The notes under the pieces are model-generated. The model was given only the letters and a program-made list of their open reading frames with translations, had not been told where the DNA came from and did not search any database. The position numbers were made by a program, and so were the translations under genes. Positions 44,013 through 56,804 of a stretch of 64,000 nt of DNA are shown one piece after another. Source of the stretch: an uncultured Candidatus Binatia bacterium. Lineage in GTDB: Bacteria > Desulfobacterota > Binatia > UBA9968 > JAJDTQ01. The DNA lies in assembly GCA_964291295.2 (NCBI GenBank), contig OZ219754.1, positions 288,001 through 352,000 on the forward strand, in the 5' to 3' direction. Numbering within the stretch: position 1 is the stretch's first letter; each line of letters opens with the position of its first letter.

Positions 44013-46418
44013 ATGAAGCTGACTTTCAACTGGCTGATGGAGTTGGTGAAGGTTCCTGCCGGCGGAGAGCCGTTCGGTCCCCGGGAACTGGCCGAGCGGC
44101 TGACCCGGGGCGGGCTGGAGGCGGAGGCGGTCAAGCCCCTGGCGGACGATGCTGGCGCGGTGATCGTCGAAGTGGCCGGCGTCCGGCCCCATCCCGATGC
44201 CGACCGCTTGTCCGTGTGCGAGGTCCACGACCGGGGCGCGCCCCTGCGCATCGTGTGCGGCGCCCCCAATGTGCGGCCAGGCATGAAGACGGCGTTTCTG
44301 CGCGCGGGCTCGGTGCTGCCGTCGGGACAGGCCATCGAGCGCCGCTCCATCCGGGGGGTGCGCTCCGACGGAATGCTCTGCTCCGAGAAGGAGCTGGGGT
44401 TTTCCGACGACCACCAGGGCGTCATGGAGCTGCCCGGGGACGCGCCCGCGGGCGGCTCGCTGCACACCTGGCTGGGCCTTGACGACTGGGTGCTGGACGT
44501 CGGCGTCACGCCCAACCGGGGGGACTGTCTGAGCGTGCTGGGCCTGGCGCGGGAGACCGCGGCGATCACCGGAGGACACCTGCGGATTCCCGTCATCCCC
44601 GACCACCTCCGCAACCACCCGCCGGTGCTACCGGTCCCGGTGGAGATCCTGGACCCGGTGGCGTGTCCGCGCTATTCGGCCCGGCTGATCCACGGCCTCC
44701 GGCCGGCGCCGTCGCCCCCGTGGCTCCGCTTCCGGCTCGAAGCCTGCGGCATCCGCTCCATCAATCACATCGTCGACGTCACCAACTACGTCATGCTGGA
44801 GACGGGCCAGCCGCTCCACGCCTTCGACGCCCGCAGCATCGCCAGCGGCCGTATCGTGGTGCGCACGGCCGGCGATACGGACACGTTGACCACTCTCGAC
44901 GGTTCCGAACGGCGGCTCCATCCCGACGACCTGCTGATCTGCGACGGCGACACCCCCGCGGCCCTGGCCGGAGTCATGGGCGGGACGGGTTCGGAGGTCA
45001 CCGGCGTCACCGCATCAGTGCTGCTGGAGAGCGCCCATTTCGACCCTCTGACCATCCGGCGGACCGCCCGGCGCATGGGAATGCATACCGAAGCCTCGCA
45101 CCGGTTCGAGCGCGGTGTGGATCCGGATGGAACGCGCTACGCCATGGACCGGGCGGTGGCGTTGTGGGAGGCCATGGGCGAGGTCGAGGTGGTGCCCGGT
45201 TTCGCCGACGTCTACCCGGGCGCCCGGGAGCCGGCCGAGGTCACGCTGCGTTACGCCAGCGTCAAGCGCGCCCTGGGGGTGGAGCTGCCGCGCGACCGCG
45301 TCCACGGCATCATCGAATCCCTGGGAATCGAACTCCGGCGCCGTTCGGAGCAGGAACTGGTGACGGTCCCCCCTTCGTACCGCTTCGACCTGACGCGGGA
45401 GGCGGACATCATCGAGGAACTGGCGCGGCTCCACGGCTACGACCACATACCGGCGACGCTGCCGGCGTTGGGAATGGGGGGCCGGAGGGATCCGCTGCTG
45501 CGCTGGATGCGCAAGGCGCGCTCGCTGCTCACGGCCCGGGGGCTCAGCGAGGCGGTGACGCTGCCCTTCTGCTCGGCGGCGATGAACCGGACCTTTCCCG
45601 GGCTGTGGGGCGGGGACGGCAAAGCCGTACGCATCACCAATCCGCTGCGGCAGGAAACGGACGAGATGCGCCGGAGCCTGCTTCCCGGCCTGATCGACAA
45701 CCTGCGCGACCACGCCGAGCGGCGCCACGAGAGCTCGATGATCTTCGAGTTGAACAAGGTGTTCTCGATCGGGGGCGACGGGGCCTGCACCGAGCGGATG
45801 AGCGCCGCCGGCCTGATCCGGGGCCATCGTCCCCGGCGGGGCATGAAGGTGCAACACCGGGCCTTCGTCTTCGCCGACATGAAGGGCATCGTGGAGGACC
45901 TCCTGGAAGGCCTCGGCCAGGCCGAGCCCCGCTGGACCGTGGACGCGCCACCGCCTTTCCTGCACCCCGGGGGATTCGCCACGGTCCGTGCGGGGGGCGC
46001 GGCCGTGGGCTGTGTTGGCGAGATAAGTGCGCGAATTCGCAAGGAGCTGGACCTTCCCCCCTTCTTCCTCTTCGAACTTGACTTCGGTGCCATCGTTCAC
46101 TATGCTCAGCCGGACTTCAAGGTCCGCCCGATTTCCCGTTTCCCTGCGGTGGAGCGCGACCTGGCCATCATCGTGGCGGAAGATTTCCCGAGCCAGACCG
46201 TGATCGACTGGGTGAGGGAGCGGGACCGCGCTCTCATTGAACGGGTGGACATCTTCGACGAGTACACCGGCGCTCCCATCAGCAAGGGCAGGAAGAGTCT
46301 GGCCTACAAGGTCTTCTACCGATCAGCGGAGCGGACCCTCACCGATCACGAGGTGAACACGGTGCACGAGGAGTTGACGCGTCGGCTCTGTGCCGCGTTC
46401 GACGCCGCGTTGCGGTAG
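44013..46418 (+). CDS. pheT: Phenylalanine--tRNA ligase beta subunit
   Basis: HPDADRL, IVCGAPNV, TPNRGDCLS, VDVTNYVMLE.GQPLHAFD, RFERGVD, FDX-ACB C-terminus. Confidence 0.97.
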   Translation: MKLTFNWLMELVKVPAGGEPFGPRELAERLTRGGLEAEAVKPLADDAGAVIVEVAGVRPHPDADRLSVCEVHDRGAPLRIVCGAPNVRPGMKTAFLRAGSVLPSGQAIERRSIRGVRSDGMLCSEKELGFSDDHQGVMELPGDAPAGGSLHTWLGLDDWVLDVGVTPNRGDCLSVLGLARETAAITGGHLRIPVIPDHLRNHPPVLPVPVEILDPVACPRYSARLIHGLRPAPSPPWLRFRLEACGIRSINHIVDVTNYVMLETGQPLHAFDARSIASGRIVVRTAGDTDTLTTLDGSERRLHPDDLLICDGDTPAALAGVMGGTGSEVTGVTASVLLESAHFDPLTIRRTARRMGMHTEASHRFERGVDPDGTRYAMDRAVALWEAMGEVEVVPGFADVYPGAREPAEVTLRYASVKRALGVELPRDRVHGIIESLGIELRRRSEQELVTVPPSYRFDLTREADIIEELARLHGYDHIPATLPALGMGGRRDPLLRWMRKARSLLTARGLSEAVTLPFCSAAMNRTFPGLWGGDGKAVRITNPLRQETDEMRRSLLPGLIDNLRDHAERRHESSMIFELNKVFSIGGDGACTERMSAAGLIRGHRPRRGMKVQHRAFVFADMKGIVEDLLEGLGQAEPRWTVDAPPPFLHPGGFATVRAGGAAVGCVGEISARIRKELDLPPFFLFELDFGAIVHYAQPDFKVRPISRFPAVERDLAIIVAEDFPSQTVIDWVRERDRALIERVDIFDEYTGAPISKGRKSLAYKVFYRSAERTLTDHEVNTVHEELTRRLCAAFDAALR

Positions 46419-46453
46419 CGGATCTTCGCCGGACTCCTCGGAGGAGGGCAATC

Positions 46454-46771
46454 ATGACCAAGGCCGATATCGTCAATCGGATCTATGAGCGGGTGGGCTT
46501 CTCCAAGAAAGAGGCCACCGACGTCGTCGAAGGCACTTTCGAGATCATCAAGGCCCACCTCGAAAAGGGCGACAAGGTGAAGATCTCGGGGTTCGGAAAC
46601 TTCGTCATCCACGGCAAGCAGCCGCGCAAGGGCCGAAACCCCCAGACCGGCCAGGAGATCACCATCGCGGGGCGCAAGGTGCTGACCTTCAAGCCCAGCC
46701 AGACCCTGAAAAAGAACATGAACTCCGAACCCGCCGGGACCGGGGAAACCGAAAGCCTGGTGGTTCCGTGA
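46454..46771 (+). CDS. ihfA: Integration host factor alpha subunit
   Basis: [25 protein letters not shown]; follows pheT. Confidence 0.93.
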   Translation: MTKADIVNRIYERVGFSKKEATDVVEGTFEIIKAHLEKGDKVKISGFGNFVIHGKQPRKGRNPQTGQEITIAGRKVLTFKPSQTLKKNMNSEPAGTGETESLVVP

Positions 46772-46784
46772 TATCCTTGGATCC

Positions 46785-47117
46785 ATGGTGGCAGTCATTC
46801 CCGACAAGCTCTACTTCAAGATCGGCGAGGTCAGCGCCCTCCTGAAACTCAAGCCGCACGTGCTGCGTTACTGGGAAACCGAGTTCGACATCCTGCACCC
46901 GGGCAAGGCGCCCTCCCGACACCGTCTCTACAAGCGCAAGGACGTGGAGTTGCTGCTCCGGATCAAGCAACTGCTGCATGCCGAAGGGTACACCATCGAA
47001 GGCGCCCGCAAGAAACTCAGGCAGCGTCACCCGGACACGTGGCCGAACCCGGAGTACAGGGAGACTCTCCTGCAGATCAAGGAGGAGCTGACCTCCCTCC
47101 GGGACATGATATCCTGA
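46785..47117 (+). CDS. MerR-family HTH regulator
   Basis: [13 protein letters not shown]...[10 protein letters not shown]; usual position after ihfA. Confidence 0.92.
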   Translation: MVAVIPDKLYFKIGEVSALLKLKPHVLRYWETEFDILHPGKAPSRHRLYKRKDVELLLRIKQLLHAEGYTIEGARKKLRQRHPDTWPNPEYRETLLQIKEELTSLRDMIS

Positions 47118-47183
47118 CCGGCCATCCCGCGGATCCCGAATTGACCCGTCCCCGGTTGAGTGTTAAGACCTTTCAGTCAGTGT

Positions 47184-47260
47184 CGGGGCGTAGCGCAGCC
47201 TGGTAGCGCACACGCTTGGGGTGCGTGTGGTCGCTGGTTCAAATCCAGTCGCCCCGACCA
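47184..47260 (+). tRNA. tRNA-Pro(GGG)
   Basis: CGGGGCG...CGCCCCG-ACCA; anticodon arm CACGC-TTGGGGT-GCGTG. Confidence 0.95.
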
Positions 47261-47302
47261 TTTCTTGCCGGCACCCCGGGAGTCCTCCCACCGCGTCGAC
47301 CC

Positions 47303-47974
47303 ATGACCGTCCGTTCCAAAGACCGCAGCAGCGCGGGTTTCGAGGGTGCCCGGGAGCGGATGGTCCAGACCCAGTTGCTTGACCGCGGGGTTCACGACGC
47401 ACGCGTGATCCGTGCCATGCGCAAGGTGCCGCGCCATCTGTTCGTGGAGCCGGCCCTGGTGAACCGCGCCTACGACGACGACCCGCTGCCCATCGGCGCG
47501 AAACAGACCATCTCCCAACCCTATATCGTCGGTTACATGCTTCAGGCCCTGGAGTTGAAGGGCACGGAACGCGTCCTGGAGGTCGGCACCGGATCCGCCT
47601 ACCAGACGGCTCTCCTGGCCGAGTTGTGCGCCAATGTCTTCTCGGTGGAAAAGCTCCGGACCCTGGCCGTGCAGGCACGGAACCGCCTCGACGGCCTGCG
47701 CTACTACAATGTGGCGATCCACATCGGCGACGGCACTCTCGGCTGGTCGGAACACGCCCCCTACGATGCCATCATCGTGGCCGCGGGGGCGCCCGGGCTG
47801 CCGGCGCCGCTGGCCCGGCAACTCGCGGCCGGCGGCAGGCTCATCCTTCCCATCGGCAACGATCAGTCCCAGACCCTGAAACTTGCGGCGCGGAGTCCCA
47901 CCGGCCTCGAAGAAACGGACCTCGGAGGATGCCGGTTCGTCAAGCTGCTGGGGAGATACGGTTGGCCGGGCTGA
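47303..47974 (+). CDS. pcm: Protein-L-isoaspartate O-methyltransferase
   Basis: VPRHLFV, QTISQPY, VLEVGTGSAYQ, APYDAIIV. Confidence 0.95.
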   Translation: MTVRSKDRSSAGFEGARERMVQTQLLDRGVHDARVIRAMRKVPRHLFVEPALVNRAYDDDPLPIGAKQTISQPYIVGYMLQALELKGTERVLEVGTGSAYQTALLAELCANVFSVEKLRTLAVQARNRLDGLRYYNVAIHIGDGTLGWSEHAPYDAIIVAAGAPGLPAPLARQLAAGGRLILPIGNDQSQTLKLAARSPTGLEETDLGGCRFVKLLGRYGWPG

Positions 47975-48828
47975 CCTTTCGCGTTGTCGGGCTGCTCCAC
48001 CTCATCCTCCTCCTTGCCGTATCCGGTTGCAATTACGGCGGCAACCGCGGCCTTGCCCGCCCCGCGCCCGGACAGGCTCCGGGCAAGGCCCCCGGGGATC
48101 GCGGCATCTACCACATCGTCAGCAAGGGCGAGACCCTCTATCGCATCGGCAAGGCGTACGGGATAGACCACGCCGCACTGGCGCGCATCAACAAGGTGGC
48201 CAATGTGCGGAAAATCCGCATCGGCAACCGGCTGTTCATTCCCGGCGCCACCCGTCGACTGCCCGTCCGGATCATCACCCCGGTCAAGAAACGCAAGGCG
48301 CCGCCGACTCGAACCGCTTCCGGGAAGACCGCGGCCGGCAAGGCGCAGACGTCCCGCAGGAAGACCGCGGCCGGCAAGGCGGCCCGCGCTCCGGCCGCGG
48401 CGCGCAAGGCCCGGGTGACCCGCTCCCAAGTCAGGCGGTCCCCGCCGGCGAAGCGGTCGAAGTCGGGTTTCGCCTGGCCGGTAAAGGGGAAAGTCACCGC
48501 CAGATTCGACTCGCGCCCGGACAGCCTGAACGACGGCATCGACATCGCCGCGCCGGCGGGCACCCCGGTCCGGGCAACGGCGGCCGGGCAGGTCATCTAC
48601 AGCGACCACCTGCGCGGCTACGGGAACGTCATCATCGTGCGCCACCGGGGCGGCTTCGCATCGGTCTACGCGCACAATCGCCGGAACCTCGTTCGGCCGG
48701 GACAAAGGGTACGCCGCCAGCAGGTCATTGCCGAAGTCGGCAACACCGGCCGGGTCACCCGCCCTCACCTGCACTTCGAGATCCGCAGGAACAACATCGC
48801 CCGAAACCCGCTTTCCTATCTCCCCTGA
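47962..48828 (+). CDS. nlpD: NlpD-like LysM + M23 peptidase lipoprotein (TTG start inferred)
   Basis: Lipobox LAVSGC, LysM (HIVSKGETLYRI), K/A/R-rich linker, GIDIA, YGN, YAH, HLHFEIR. Confidence 0.85.
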   Translation: MAGLTFRVVGLLHLILLLAVSGCNYGGNRGLARPAPGQAPGKAPGDRGIYHIVSKGETLYRIGKAYGIDHAALARINKVANVRKIRIGNRLFIPGATRRLPVRIITPVKKRKAPPTRTASGKTAAGKAQTSRRKTAAGKAARAPAAARKARVTRSQVRRSPPAKRSKSGFAWPVKGKVTARFDSRPDSLNDGIDIAAPAGTPVRATAAGQVIYSDHLRGYGNVIIVRHRGGFASVYAHNRRNLVRPGQRVRRQQVIAEVGNTGRVTRPHLHFEIRRNNIARNPLSYLP

Positions 48829-48847
48829 CTGTGCTAGCCCAAGCCGC

Positions 48848-51509
<2,662 letters not shown>

Positions 51510-51587
51510 GGACGCCGCGCGGCCGAAGCGACAAGGGGATAGGTCCCGAGGGGAAGCCGTTCCCGCCGCCCGGAGCGCATCCCTTGC

Positions 51588-51926
51588 TCAGAAGAGCCTG
51601 CCGCCGTCGGGCACCGGGCGGTCGGGGGCGATCATCACCACCTCGCCGTCAGCATCGGGGAAACCCAGCACGAGAATCTCGGACCGGAACGGTCCGATCT
51701 GCCTGGGCCGGAGGTTGACCACGGCGGCCACCTGCCGGCCCACCAGCGCTTCCGCGCTGTAGTGGCGCGTGACCTGGGCGGAACTCTTGCGCTCGCCGAT
51801 CCCGGGGCCGAAATCCACGTACAGCTTGAAGGCGGGCTTGCGCGCTTCGGGAAAGGGCTCGACCCGGGTGATGGTGCCGACGCGGACGTCGACCTTCAGG
51901 AAATCGTCGAAGCGGATCTCGGCCAT
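51588..51926 (-). CDS. csaA: CsaA-like tRNA-binding protein / secretion chaperone
   Basis: DFLKVDVRVGTI, FPEARKPAFKL.VDFG, KSSAQVT, G.RLF. Confidence 0.9.
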   Translation of the reverse strand: MAEIRFDDFLKVDVRVGTITRVEPFPEARKPAFKLYVDFGPGIGERKSSAQVTRHYSAEALVGRQVAAVVNLRPRQIGPFRSEILVLGFPDADGEVVMIAPDRPVPDGGRLF

Positions 51927-51934
51927 CCCGCCAG

Positions 51935-52279
51935 TCAGAGGAGCGCCTTCAGGGCGGCCTCGTCGAAGCCCACCACCTTGCGCTTGCCCTTGAGGGTCAC
52001 CGGACGCCGCAGCAGGTTCTGGTCCCCGAGCATCAACCGGATGGCCTCTTCCCGGTTGGGAGGGTTGTCCTTCATCTTCCGCTCGCGGTAGAGGGGCGTC
52101 CGGGTATTGAGGAAATCGGTCACGGGTCCGCCGCCGATGATGGCCTCCAGCTCATCGCCGGTCAAGGGCCGCCTGCCGTACTCCCGCTCCTCCAGCTCCG
52201 CCCCCTGTGACTGCAAGAAACTTCTTGCCTTGCGACAGGTGGTTCAGGTGTTCTTGTAATAGAATTTCAGCTTGGCCAC
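51935..52279 (-). CDS. ArsC/Spx/YffB-family selenoprotein (in-frame UGA at codon 12)
   Basis: GTG start, then AKLKFYYKNT-U-TTCRKARSFL...LLRRP; SECIS-like hairpin after the TGA. Confidence 0.85.
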
Positions 52280-52315
52280 GGATGGGATCCCCCCGGCTGA
52301 TCGTCTTCGGTCGTC

Positions 52316-53695
52316 TCAGCCCACGTACCGGCTCACGTCGACGCGTTTCATGGCCTCCATCGGCACCTGATTGCGGATGGGAAACTCGCCTTCCAGGGGC
52401 CGGGTGGCGTCCACCACGGCAACGCTGTCGCCGAGCCAGCCGCGGAAATTCTGGACCTCCCGGATGACATCCAGATCCCGGTCCCAGTGGGTACGGGTAC
52501 CCACCGCCCACAGCACCTCGCGTTCGTTGAACACATCCACGTCATCGTCCACCACCACGCACAGCTTGAGGTTCGGCATGTCGGTGAAGGCCTGCATGGC
52601 GGCTTTCCTGGGCTCGTTGGCGAATTTCTTGTCGATGGAGATGTAGCAGATCACCCGGCCGCAGCCCGAGGGCGGCAGGTGGATGGCCTTGATGCCGTGG
52701 ATGTTGCGCTTGATGGAGTTGTAGACACTGCCTTCCTTGGTGATGCCGCCCAGATTCCAGTGGTCCTTCTGGCCGGCCCAGATGTCCTGGAGGATCGCGT
52801 TCTTCCGATGGGTGACGGCGGTGACCTCGACGATGGGCACGTCCATGGTCACCTGATAGTAGCCCAGCACCTCGCCGAAGGGGTTCTGGGAACGCCGCAC
52901 GTTGGGCGGCACCTCGCCCTCGATGATGATCTCCGCGTCGGCGGGCACGAGGAAGTCCTCGCCCCAGGTGACCGACGGCGTCAGGTGCAGCGGCTCGCGC
53001 ATGAACGCCGCGGCGCTCTGGTAGTCGTCGTTGCCGTAGGGCGTCATGCAGCAGGATGAGAAGTAGAAGGCCGGGTGATGCCCCAGCACGATGATCACCG
53101 GCGCCCGCTGATCCTTGGCCTCGTTCTCGGTAACGATGGCTTCCAGATGATGGTGCTTGTGGGCCGAGAAGCTCATGGTGCGGCCGTCATAATAGAGATT
53201 CTTGGTGAACGTGATGTCGTAGAACGGCTCCTGCGCGCCCTTCATGACGCAGGCCATGGTCCAGTAGGGGCCGACGTCCAGGTCGTGGTGCATGGGGATG
53301 GGAAAGCGCGCCAGATCCACCTCCGACCCCCGCAGCACGACCTGCCGGCACGGCGCGCTGTCGGGCGGGACCATCTCCGTGTCCCCTTTCTCCTTCTCCA
53401 GCCGCGAGACCTCCAGGCTCAGCTCCATCTTCGACCTGAGGTCGCCCATGCCGATGCCGTCGGCGCAGAACTGCCGGCTGACCCAGGGATTGTAGAAGAG
53501 CGGGAACGGCGACGGCTGCCCTTCCAGCGTCTTCACGTTCTCGAACAGCACCATCTTCTCGAGCCCGCGGTCGTCGAGGTGCTTGAGGAAGGCGATGGTC
53601 TCGCACCGGTTGGGGTCGATGGGGTCCGTCACCCGGATCAGATCACCCGGACGCCGGCTCTCCTCTTCCGCAATGAATTCATGGAGGTCTCTCAT
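52316..53695 (-). CDS. UbiD-family (prFMN) decarboxylase, divergent
   Basis: MRDLHEFI, DL..FPIP, VPADAEIIIEG, PFGE..GYY, VVVDDDVD. Confidence 0.88.
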   Translation of the reverse strand: MRDLHEFIAEEESRRPGDLIRVTDPIDPNRCETIAFLKHLDDRGLEKMVLFENVKTLEGQPSPFPLFYNPWVSRQFCADGIGMGDLRSKMELSLEVSRLEKEKGDTEMVPPDSAPCRQVVLRGSEVDLARFPIPMHHDLDVGPYWTMACVMKGAQEPFYDITFTKNLYYDGRTMSFSAHKHHHLEAIVTENEAKDQRAPVIIVLGHHPAFYFSSCCMTPYGNDDYQSAAAFMREPLHLTPSVTWGEDFLVPADAEIIIEGEVPPNVRRSQNPFGEVLGYYQVTMDVPIVEVTAVTHRKNAILQDIWAGQKDHWNLGGITKEGSVYNSIKRNIHGIKAIHLPPSGCGRVICYISIDKKFANEPRKAAMQAFTDMPNLKLCVVVDDDVDVFNEREVLWAVGTRTHWDRDLDVIREVQNFRGWLGDSVAVVDATRPLEGEFPIRNQVPMEAMKRVDVSRYVG

Positions 53696-53793
53696 GGTCG
53701 GATCTCCCTGGCTGGCGCGTTGCCGCGCGTACAGGACAACGCGTACAGGACACTTAGACGATCACGGCGGCGGGCGCAAGATCCGTGCGGGAC

Positions 53794-54120
53794 CTACCGC
53801 CGCCCCCCGGACAGGGACGCGGTCAGCCACTCCAGGTAGCTCTCGCTCCCCTTGGCGACGGGAACAGCGATGATCTCCGGGACATCGTAGCCGTGGAGTG
53901 CATGGACCCTTTCCTTGAGCCGTTCGAAGAGGTCCGCGCGTGTCTTGACGATGAGGAGATCCTCGGTATCGCGCTCCAACCGGCCATCCCACGTGTAGGT
54001 GGACTCGATTCCGGGCACGCGGTTGACGCAGGCTGCCAGCTTCTCGCGCACCAGCGCACCGGCCAGCTCCCTGGCATTTTCCCCCGATGCCGTGATGTAG
54101 ACCACCAGGAATTCACCCAT
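53794..54120 (-). CDS. cutA: Divalent cation tolerance protein CutA
   Basis: [28 protein letters not shown]. Confidence 0.93.
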   Translation of the reverse strand: MGEFLVVYITASGENARELAGALVREKLAACVNRVPGIESTYTWDGRLERDTEDLLIVKTRADLFERLKERVHALHGYDVPEIIAVPVAKGSESYLEWLTASLSGGRR

Positions 54121-54326
54121 GTCAACGATTCCGATTCCTTGGAACAGAGCCGCGGCGCGTCCGTTTGCGCGTCCAACCTTTGTATGGTTTATTTCGTCTC
54201 TTGCATAGGGCGAACCGTCGGACCGGCCGCCTGCCCGGTCCCCTGCAATCGCGGGTGCCTGCAACACGGGTGCCTTGTATCCAGCTTATTCCCGAACAGC
54301 GATCCAAGAACGAGGTGGAGACTCGA

Positions 54327-54704
54327 ATGGAGACCATCGATTTTGCCAAGGGTGGAGGAATCGTGCCGGTGGTGGTGCAGGATGACGGCACTCTGGACGT
54401 CCTCATGCTGGCCTACATGAACCAGGAGGCTTTCGATCTCACCCGGAAGACCGGCAAGGCCCATTACTACAGCCGTTCCCGGGACAAGCTGTGGCTCAAG
54501 GGCGAAGAGTCCGGCCACGTCCAGGAGGTCCGGGACATTCTGGTGGACTGCGACAACGACACGCTCATCCTCAAGGTCGTCCAACACGGCGGCGGGGCAT
54601 GCCACATGGGATACCGCACCTGCTTCTTCCGCCACGACGCGGGCGTCGACTGGGAGATCTGCGCCGAGAAGGTCTTCGATCCCGAGGAGGTCTACAACAG
54701 GTGA
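54327..54704 (+). CDS. hisI: Phosphoribosyl-AMP cyclohydrolase
   Basis: [33 protein letters not shown]. Confidence 0.95.
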   Translation: METIDFAKGGGIVPVVVQDDGTLDVLMLAYMNQEAFDLTRKTGKAHYYSRSRDKLWLKGEESGHVQEVRDILVDCDNDTLILKVVQHGGGACHMGYRTCFFRHDAGVDWEICAEKVFDPEEVYNR

Positions 54705-55591
54705 GCCAACTCAAGCTGGGGCTTCCCAAGGGAAGCCTCGAGAACTCCACCATCGAGTTGTTCCGCAAGTCGGGATGGAAGATCACCGGCATGAACCGGA
54801 GCTACTTCCCCTCCATCGACGACCCCTCTCTGAACTGCAGCGTCGTGCGCGCGCAGGAAATGTCCCGCTACGTGGAGGACGGCACCCTGGACGCCGGCAT
54901 CACCGGCAAGGACTGGATCCAGGAGAACGACAGCCAGGTCGAGTACATCACCGAACTGGTCTACGCCAAGACGAGCTTTCGGCCGACACGCTGGGTGCTG
55001 GCGGTCCCCCACGACTCGCCGGTGCGGAAGATCGAGGATCTCAAGGGAAAGAAGATCGCCACCGAGATGGTCAACTTCACCCGCCGGCTGTTCGAAGCCC
55101 GCGATACGCCGGTGGACGTGGAATTTTCCTGGGGCGCCACCGAAGCCAAGGCCGCCGAGGGCCTGGCCGATGCCATCGTGGAGGTGACCGAGACCGGAGG
55201 TACCATCCGCGCCCACGGCCTCCGCATCGTCGCCGACCTGCTGGAATCCGCGCCCCAGCTCATCGCCAACAAGGAGGCCTGGCGGGATCCGTGGAAGCGC
55301 GCCAAGATCGATCAGATCAGCATGCTCCTGCAGGGCGCCCTGGCCGCGGAGCACAAGGTCGGCATCAAGATGAACGTCATGGAGGCCGACCTGGAGAAGG
55401 TCATCGACCTGATCCCCAGCGTGACCGCGCCCACGGTCGCGACCCTCTACCAGACCCCCGCCCTGGGGGGCCGCAAATGGTTCTCCATCGAGAGCATCAT
55501 CGCCGAGGACGTCGTGCGCGAACTCATCCCGGAACTCACGCGCAACGGCGCCGTGGGCATCGTCGAGTACCCGCTGAACAAGGTGATCTGA
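54701..55591 (+). CDS. hisG: ATP phosphoribosyltransferase (long form)
   Basis: [31 protein letters not shown]-terminal regulatory domain. Confidence 0.95.
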   Translation: MSQLKLGLPKGSLENSTIELFRKSGWKITGMNRSYFPSIDDPSLNCSVVRAQEMSRYVEDGTLDAGITGKDWIQENDSQVEYITELVYAKTSFRPTRWVLAVPHDSPVRKIEDLKGKKIATEMVNFTRRLFEARDTPVDVEFSWGATEAKAAEGLADAIVEVTETGGTIRAHGLRIVADLLESAPQLIANKEAWRDPWKRAKIDQISMLLQGALAAEHKVGIKMNVMEADLEKVIDLIPSVTAPTVATLYQTPALGGRKWFSIESIIAEDVVRELIPELTRNGAVGIVEYPLNKVI

Positions 55592-55835
55592 GCAGACGCC
55601 GGCGGCGACCCGGCCCACGCCACGACGATACTCGCCAAAGCCCGGGTCACCGCACCGCGCTGCGAGAACAAACGCCTTGTCCTCAGTTCTTGATACGACA
55701 CAACTGTTCCTTCCTGACTCCTCATCACTCCGAATCAACTTGCCACTCAGGACACGTTCATACCACGCCCCAAGCTCCCGGCCATCAGGACCGCACATAG
55801 ATTGAACAGGGTGTGAATCTACGGTTGCGCTCGCA

Positions 55836-56666
55836 TCAGTCCCTTTGACGGGTTCCCACGGTTGTCTCGCCGCCACCGTTCTTTTGAAGAAAATCCGGGC
55901 AGAGTTTGCGAACCACCGACATCACCAAATCCCGCATGACAACCAGTGCCGGCAGCACTTCTCGATCTTGCATGACATCCCCCATTTGGTCGAACTTCAT
56001 CTTGAACTCGAAGACATCGACCGCCTTTATAATCGCGTCCGGATGGGGTGTTTTGACGAACTCAAACTGGAAAATGACTTCTCCTTCTCTATTCGGGCGT
56101 GCGTTCGACGGGGGTCCATCTGGGGGTAGAATCAAAGTTGCCTCCTCCTTGGTATCTACCAGGAATGTTCCACCGGACCGCATGTCCACGCGGGCCGCCA
56201 CGGCCAACAGGAGGCGGTGCTTATCCATTATGTTGAGATGGTGCAACTGATAGAGAACAGCCTGTTCGGGGTCTGGCGATGTTTGGTACGGTTGCAAACG
56301 CTCAATCACTTGGACGGCCTTGCCGGGCACTCCCTTCACGACACCTTTCCTTATGGCACGTTGATACTGGTCCTCGCTCCGACAAACCGGGAACGTCAGC
56401 CTTGTGGGATCACCTCTTCCGCCAGCGAGAACGAATATCAGATGGTCAAGCACGGTTCGTAGGTGGTAGACAATCTCGCCGATCAGAACGGAGAACTGAG
56501 GAGGCAAGACAGGGTTGCCTGACGCCAGAAAGCGATACTTTTGCGTCTCCTGATCTAGATCACTCGCCACCCTGTAGTTTTCGGCAAAGAAGGCATTGCT
56601 TTCGCGTTCCAAGGACGCGAGCAAGTTGTTTGCCCGTTCGATCTTGGCATACAGATTCTCAAACAT
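55836..56666 (-). CDS. Hypothetical protein, possibly HEPN-like
   Basis: Lower-GC ORF; GEIVYHLRTVLDHL and LHHLNIMDKHR motifs. Confidence 0.65.
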   Translation of the reverse strand: MFENLYAKIERANNLLASLERESNAFFAENYRVASDLDQETQKYRFLASGNPVLPPQFSVLIGEIVYHLRTVLDHLIFVLAGGRGDPTRLTFPVCRSEDQYQRAIRKGVVKGVPGKAVQVIERLQPYQTSPDPEQAVLYQLHHLNIMDKHRLLLAVAARVDMRSGGTFLVDTKEEATLILPPDGPPSNARPNREGEVIFQFEFVKTPHPDAIIKAVDVFEFKMKFDQMGDVMQDREVLPALVVMRDLVMSVVRKLCPDFLQKNGGGETTVGTRQRD

Positions 56667-56804
56667 GAGAGCAGCTCGCCGGGCCGCCACCAATCCGCCT
56701 GGTCATCGACACTGGAAACCTCTACATCGCCCGCAGCAAAATCTGATACTGCTACAAGAACAAGAATAGGGGTCAGTGTAACGAACAACATATGACTTCT
56801 TGCC

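Noticed and set aside
39404-47260. Integrated elements at tRNA-Val or tRNA-Pro
   Set aside because: No integrase or duplicated tRNA 3' end; both tRNAs are followed directly by housekeeping genes
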